DNA from: a virus
Taxonomy: Duplodnaviria; Heunggongvirae; Uroviricota; Caudoviricetes
Length of the DNA: 17,317 nucleotides
Reading direction: 5' to 3' (one strand)
Virus record (IMG/VR): IMGVR_UViG_3300029745_000045
Shown: positions 14,195-17,317 of the stretch, one piece after another
Numbering within the stretch: the first letter of the stretch is position 1
How the letters are laid out: each line of letters starts with the position of its first letter
The notes under the pieces: model-generated
The model's database searches: none
Told to the model about the DNA's origin: nothing
Seen by the model: only the letters and a program-made list of their open reading frames with translations
Program-made: the position numbers and the translations under genes

Positions 14195-16306
14195 ATGGCG
14201 ACGTTACGTGAACTGATTATCAAAATTTCGGCAAATTCGCAGTCATTCCAGTCGGAGATCCAGCGGGCTTCCCGCATGGGCAGTGAATATTACCGGACCC
14301 TGCAGAATGGCGGGCGTCAGGCTGCCGCAGTCGCCCGGGAGCAGCGACGCGCCCTGGCTGAGCTGAACAGCCAGTTGACGGAAATCCGCGCTTCAGCTGC
14401 CGGAACGGCGGGGGCATTTGCAGGTGCCTTTGCCACCGGACACCTGATTTCTCTGGCCGATGAATGGAGTTCCGTGAATGCCCGACTGAAACAGGCGTCG
14501 CAGTCATCCGATGAATTTTCGTCATCACAGAAAGTGCTGATGGATATCAGCCAGCGGACGGGCACGGCATTTTCAGATAATGCGGCCCTGTTTGCCCGCT
14601 CGGCAGCCTCAATGCGTGAATATGGTTACAGTGCTGATGATGTGCTGAAGGTGACGGAGGCCATTTCCACGGGGCTGAAAATCTCCGGTGCCAGTACGGC
14701 AGAGGCGGGCTCGGTGATCACCCAGTTCAGCCAGGCGCTGGCACAGGGTGTGTTACGCGGTGAGGAATTTAATTCGGTCAATGAAAGCGGAGACCGGATC
14801 GTACGTGCACTGGCTGCGGGTATGGGCGTGGCCCGTAAAGACCTTAAGGCGATGGCGGACGACGGCAAACTGACGGCGGATAAAGTCGTTCCTGCGTTAA
14901 TCAGCCAGCTGGGGGTATTGCGTGATGAATATGCCGCCATGCCGGAAACGGTCTCTGACGGGATCACAAAGGTGGAAAACGCCTTTATGGCCTGGGTGGG
15001 TGGCGCGAATGAAGCCAGCGGAGCGACGAAAACGCTCTCCGGCGTGCTGAACGGTGTTGCCGGTAATATTGATAATGTGGCAACAGCCGCGGGGGCGCTG
15101 GTTGCCGTCGGGGTTGCCCGGTACTTTGGCAATATGGCCTCCGGAGCGGTGTCTGCCACGGCAGGACTTGTGACGGCAGCACGTAATGAAGTGGCACTGG
15201 CGGAAGCACAGCTCAGGGGGACGCAGATTGCCACGGCGCGGGCAAGGGCAGCCGTGTACCGTGCACAGCAGGCTGTGGCGGCAGCCCGCGGGACGGAGAT
15301 GCAGATTGCTGCAGAAGCCCGTCTGGCGGCCACACAGGAACGCCTGAACAGAAATATTGCTGCCAGAACCGCAGCCCAGAATGCGCTGAACAGTACAACG
15401 GCGGTGGGCTCACGTCTGATGACTGGTGCGTTGGGACTGGTTGGTGGCGTACCCGGACTGGTGATGCTGGGGGCAGCAGCATGGTATACGCTGTACCAGA
15501 ATCAGGAGCAGGCCAGGGAGTCAGCGCACCAGTATGCACTGACGATAGATGAAATCGCGCATAAAACGCCGTCAATGTCTTTGCCTGAAGCCTCAGATAA
15601 TGAAGGACGAACACGGGCGGCGCTGGCAGAGCAGAACCGGCTGATTGATGAACAGGCCAGCCGGGTGAAATCCCTGCAGGAAAAAATCGCTGGATATCAG
15701 TATGTTCTGGCTAACCCTGGCTGGACAACCGGTGACGGATTCATGATAAACCATCTGACATCGGTGAAGACCGTAACGGAAGGGCTTTCTCAGGCAACAG
15801 AGCAGCTTGCCGTTGAGCAGTCCCGTCTGGCACAGATGCAGGAAAAAGCGCAGTCCATTCACGAACCACTGGGTGAGGGAACGGTTATCCATATTGTGCC
15901 GCGACTGGCCGGAGCCGGAAAGGGCGGACTACAGATTGTGCTGGGGGCAGCTGCCATTGTGGGGGCTTTCTTCACGGCCGGAGCATCAATGGCGTTATGG
16001 GGTTCAGCCCTGGCAGCCGGTGGTTTTTCTGCCACCACGATGCTGTTTTCACTGGGTGCCAGCATGATACTGGGCGGTGTGGCCCAGATGCTGGCCCCGA
16101 AGGCAAAAACACCGGATTACCGCGCAACGGATAACGGCAGACAGAACACGTATTTTTCCTCACTGGACAACATGATTGCCCAGGGCAACCCGATGCCGGT
16201 GCCCTACGGTGAAATGCTGGTTGGTTCACGACGTATCTCTCAGGACATCAGCACCCGTGATGAAGGCGGAGACGGAAAGGTGGTGGTTATTGGTCGACAG
16301 GGATAA
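14195..16306 (+). CDS. Tape measure protein N-terminal portion fused in frame to a lambda gpI-like tail-assembly C-terminus (chimeric, probably a deletion product)
   Basis: Residues ~1-550 fit a tape-measure core pattern (…SGASTAEAGSVITQFSQALAQGVLRGEEFNSVNESGDRIVRALAAGMGV…). Residues ~552-703 (QSIHEPLGEGTVIHIVPRLAGAGKGGLQIVLGAAAIVGAFFTAG…NTYFSSLDNMIAQGNPMPVPYGEMLVGSRRISQDIS…) match recalled lambda gpI C-terminus. At 703 aa it is short for a tape measure. Confidence 0.75.
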   Translation: MATLRELIIKISANSQSFQSEIQRASRMGSEYYRTLQNGGRQAAAVAREQRRALAELNSQLTEIRASAAGTAGAFAGAFATGHLISLADEWSSVNARLKQASQSSDEFSSSQKVLMDISQRTGTAFSDNAALFARSAASMREYGYSADDVLKVTEAISTGLKISGASTAEAGSVITQFSQALAQGVLRGEEFNSVNESGDRIVRALAAGMGVARKDLKAMADDGKLTADKVVPALISQLGVLRDEYAAMPETVSDGITKVENAFMAWVGGANEASGATKTLSGVLNGVAGNIDNVATAAGALVAVGVARYFGNMASGAVSATAGLVTAARNEVALAEAQLRGTQIATARARAAVYRAQQAVAAARGTEMQIAAEARLAATQERLNRNIAARTAAQNALNSTTAVGSRLMTGALGLVGGVPGLVMLGAAAWYTLYQNQEQARESAHQYALTIDEIAHKTPSMSLPEASDNEGRTRAALAEQNRLIDEQASRVKSLQEKIAGYQYVLANPGWTTGDGFMINHLTSVKTVTEGLSQATEQLAVEQSRLAQMQEKAQSIHEPLGEGTVIHIVPRLAGAGKGGLQIVLGAAAIVGAFFTAGASMALWGSALAAGGFSATTMLFSLGASMILGGVAQMLAPKAKTPDYRATDNGRQNTYFSSLDNMIAQGNPMPVPYGEMLVGSRRISQDISTRDEGGDGKVVVIGRQG

Positions 16307-16311
16307 AACAT

Positions 16312-16345
16312 AAAAAAATCCCGCAGTGATCGCGGAGCTGCGGGG
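16312..16345 (-). terminator. Intrinsic terminator on the - strand
   Basis: On the - strand: stem cccgcag / ctgcggg with 11-nt loop, followed by U7 (complement of A7 at 16312-16318). Confidence 0.55.
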
Positions 16346-16409
16346 ACAGACAAATGAAGATTAATGTTAAGGAGTTGTTTTTGTTACTCGGGCAAAAAAA
16401 CACTAACGC
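16312..16409 (-). ncRNA. Candidate ~100-nt small RNA, antisense and convergent to the tape-measure/gpI gene
   Basis: Bounded by a - strand promoter (-35 TTCACA at 16438-16443, 16-nt spacer, -10 TATAAT at 16416-21) and the terminator at 16312-16345. Body is A/C- and U-rich (…GCCCGAGUAACAAAAACAACUCCUUAACAUUAAUCUUCAUUUGUCUGU…). No long ORF. Confidence 0.4.
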
Positions 16410-16415
16410 AGCGAA

Positions 16416-16443
16416 ATTATAAGCGCCACAGTCAGTGTGTGAA
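16416..16443 (-). promoter_or_regulatory. Near-consensus sigma70 promoter on the - strand (TTCACA-N16-TATAAT)
   Basis: Reverse complement of 16416-16443 reads TTCACA cactgactgtggcgct TATAAT: 5/6 match at -35, 6/6 at -10, 16-nt spacer. Confidence 0.45.
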
Positions 16444-16516
16444 AATGTGAAGATATTCAGAATTTTTATGCCATTACCGGTTTTAACCAACAGGATTATC
16501 GGTGGGCATGAAAGAA

Positions 16517-16551
16517 AACCCCGGTATCTGCTGATACCGGGGTTTCTGTTT
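16517..16551. terminator. Strong hairpin, possible bidirectional terminator, ~100 nt upstream of J
   Basis: Perfect 11-bp stem aaccccggtat / ataccggggtt with 6-nt loop (16517-16544), T-rich on the + side (TCTGTTT) and on the - side (UUUUCUUUC). Confidence 0.55.
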
Positions 16552-16648
16552 AGCATGGCAGAAATGTGTTTCATGCTTTTCGGGCGAAGGATATCCGACT
16601 TCTGTACGGAATGGCAAGTGGCGGTTAATTTATTCAGGGGAAGGCTGT

Positions 16649-17317
16649 ATGGGAAAAGGTGGCGGTAAGGCACACACGCCTCGTGAGGCGAAGGATAATC
16701 TCAAATCCACGCAGATGATGAGCGTGATTGATGCGATTGGTGAGGGACCCATTGAAGGTCCGGTGAAAGGCCTGCAGAGTATTCTGGTGAACAAAACCCC
16801 GCTGACGGACACGGACGGTAATCCCGTGATACACGGTGTGACTGCGGTCTGGCGTGCCGGGGAGCAGGAGCAGACACCGCCGGAAGGCTTTGAGTCCTCC
16901 GGGGCGGAAACCGGACCAGGCGTGGAGGTGACGAAGGCAAAGCCGGTGACGCGCACCATTACGTCCGCGAACATTGACCGCCTGCGGGTGACCTTCGGGG
17001 TGCAGTCACTGGTGGAGACCACCTCAAAGGGTGACCGTAACCCGACGTCTGTCCGCCTGCTGATTCAGCTTGAGCGTGGTGGTAAATGGATGACGGAAAA
17101 GGATGTCACCATTAACGGCAAGACCACCTCGCAGTTCCTGGCGTCGGTGATTCTGGATAATCTGCCGCCCCGGCCCTTTAACATCCGGATGGTCAGGGAG
17201 ACGGCGGACAGCACCACGGACCAGCTGCAGAATAAGACGCTCTGGTCGTCATACACCGAAATCATCGATGTGAAACAGTGCTACCCGAACACGGCCATTG
17301 TGGGGCTGCAGGTGGAT
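16649..17317 (+). CDS. J: Host specificity protein J (central tail fibre), N-terminal 223 codons; continues beyond the window
   Basis: ATG at 16649 with GGGGAAGG RBS. Translation MGKGGGKAHTPREAKDNLKSTQMMSVIDAIGEGPIEGPVKGLQSILVNKTPL…NIRMVRETADSTTDQLQNKTLWSSYTEIIDVKQCYPNTAIVGLQVD closely matches the recalled lambda J N-terminus. Not in the ORF track because it has no stop in the window. Confidence 0.9.
   Translation, partial: MGKGGGKAHTPREAKDNLKSTQMMSVIDAIGEGPIEGPVKGLQSILVNKTPLTDTDGNPVIHGVTAVWRAGEQEQTPPEGFESSGAETGPGVEVTKAKPVTRTITSANIDRLRVTFGVQSLVETTSKGDRNPTSVRLLIQLERGGKWMTEKDVTINGKTTSQFLASVILDNLPPRPFNIRMVRETADSTTDQLQNKTLWSSYTEIIDVKQCYPNTAIVGLQVD

Noticed and set aside
16354-16422. 22-codon + strand ORF (MKINVKELFLLLGQKNTNAKL) antisense to the candidate sRNA
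   Set aside because: Weak RBS and no supporting features; cannot be distinguished from chance in an AT-rich segment.
16287-16673. 128-aa - strand ORF spanning the I-J intergenic region
   Set aside because: It runs through two terminator hairpins and a promoter in AT-rich DNA, and its translation is low-complexity; the region is better explained as non-coding.
1-17317. tRNA, rRNA, integrase and att sites
   Set aside because: No cloverleaf-like segments or conserved tRNA motifs in the intergenic regions, and no recombinase-like ORF; the window is entirely late-region phage DNA.

Overview
This window reads as the late region of a mosaic lambdoid prophage (enterobacterial-like, GC-rich), almost entirely on the + strand: a phage-21-type lysis cassette (pinholin, SAR endolysin, Rz/Rz1) interrupted by an antirepressor gene and four tiny membrane-protein ORFs; a YlcI-like moron on the - strand; an HK97-type packaging and head module (HNH endonuclease, cos-like palindromes, small and large terminase, prohead protease fused to major capsid protein, portal, a tandem-repeat protein, connector proteins); then a lambda-like tail module (major tail protein with Ig-like domain, G/GT frameshift chaperones, tape measure, start of J). 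Two things stand out. The tape-measure ORF appears fused in frame to a gpI-like C-terminus, implying loss of the tail-tip genes (M, L, K equivalents) and a probably defective prophage. The AT-rich gap between that ORF and J carries a near-consensus sigma70 promoter and intrinsic terminator on the - strand, framing a ~100-nt candidate small RNA. All homology calls are from recalled family signatures, not searches; no rRNA, tRNA, CRISPR array, integrase or att site was recognised.
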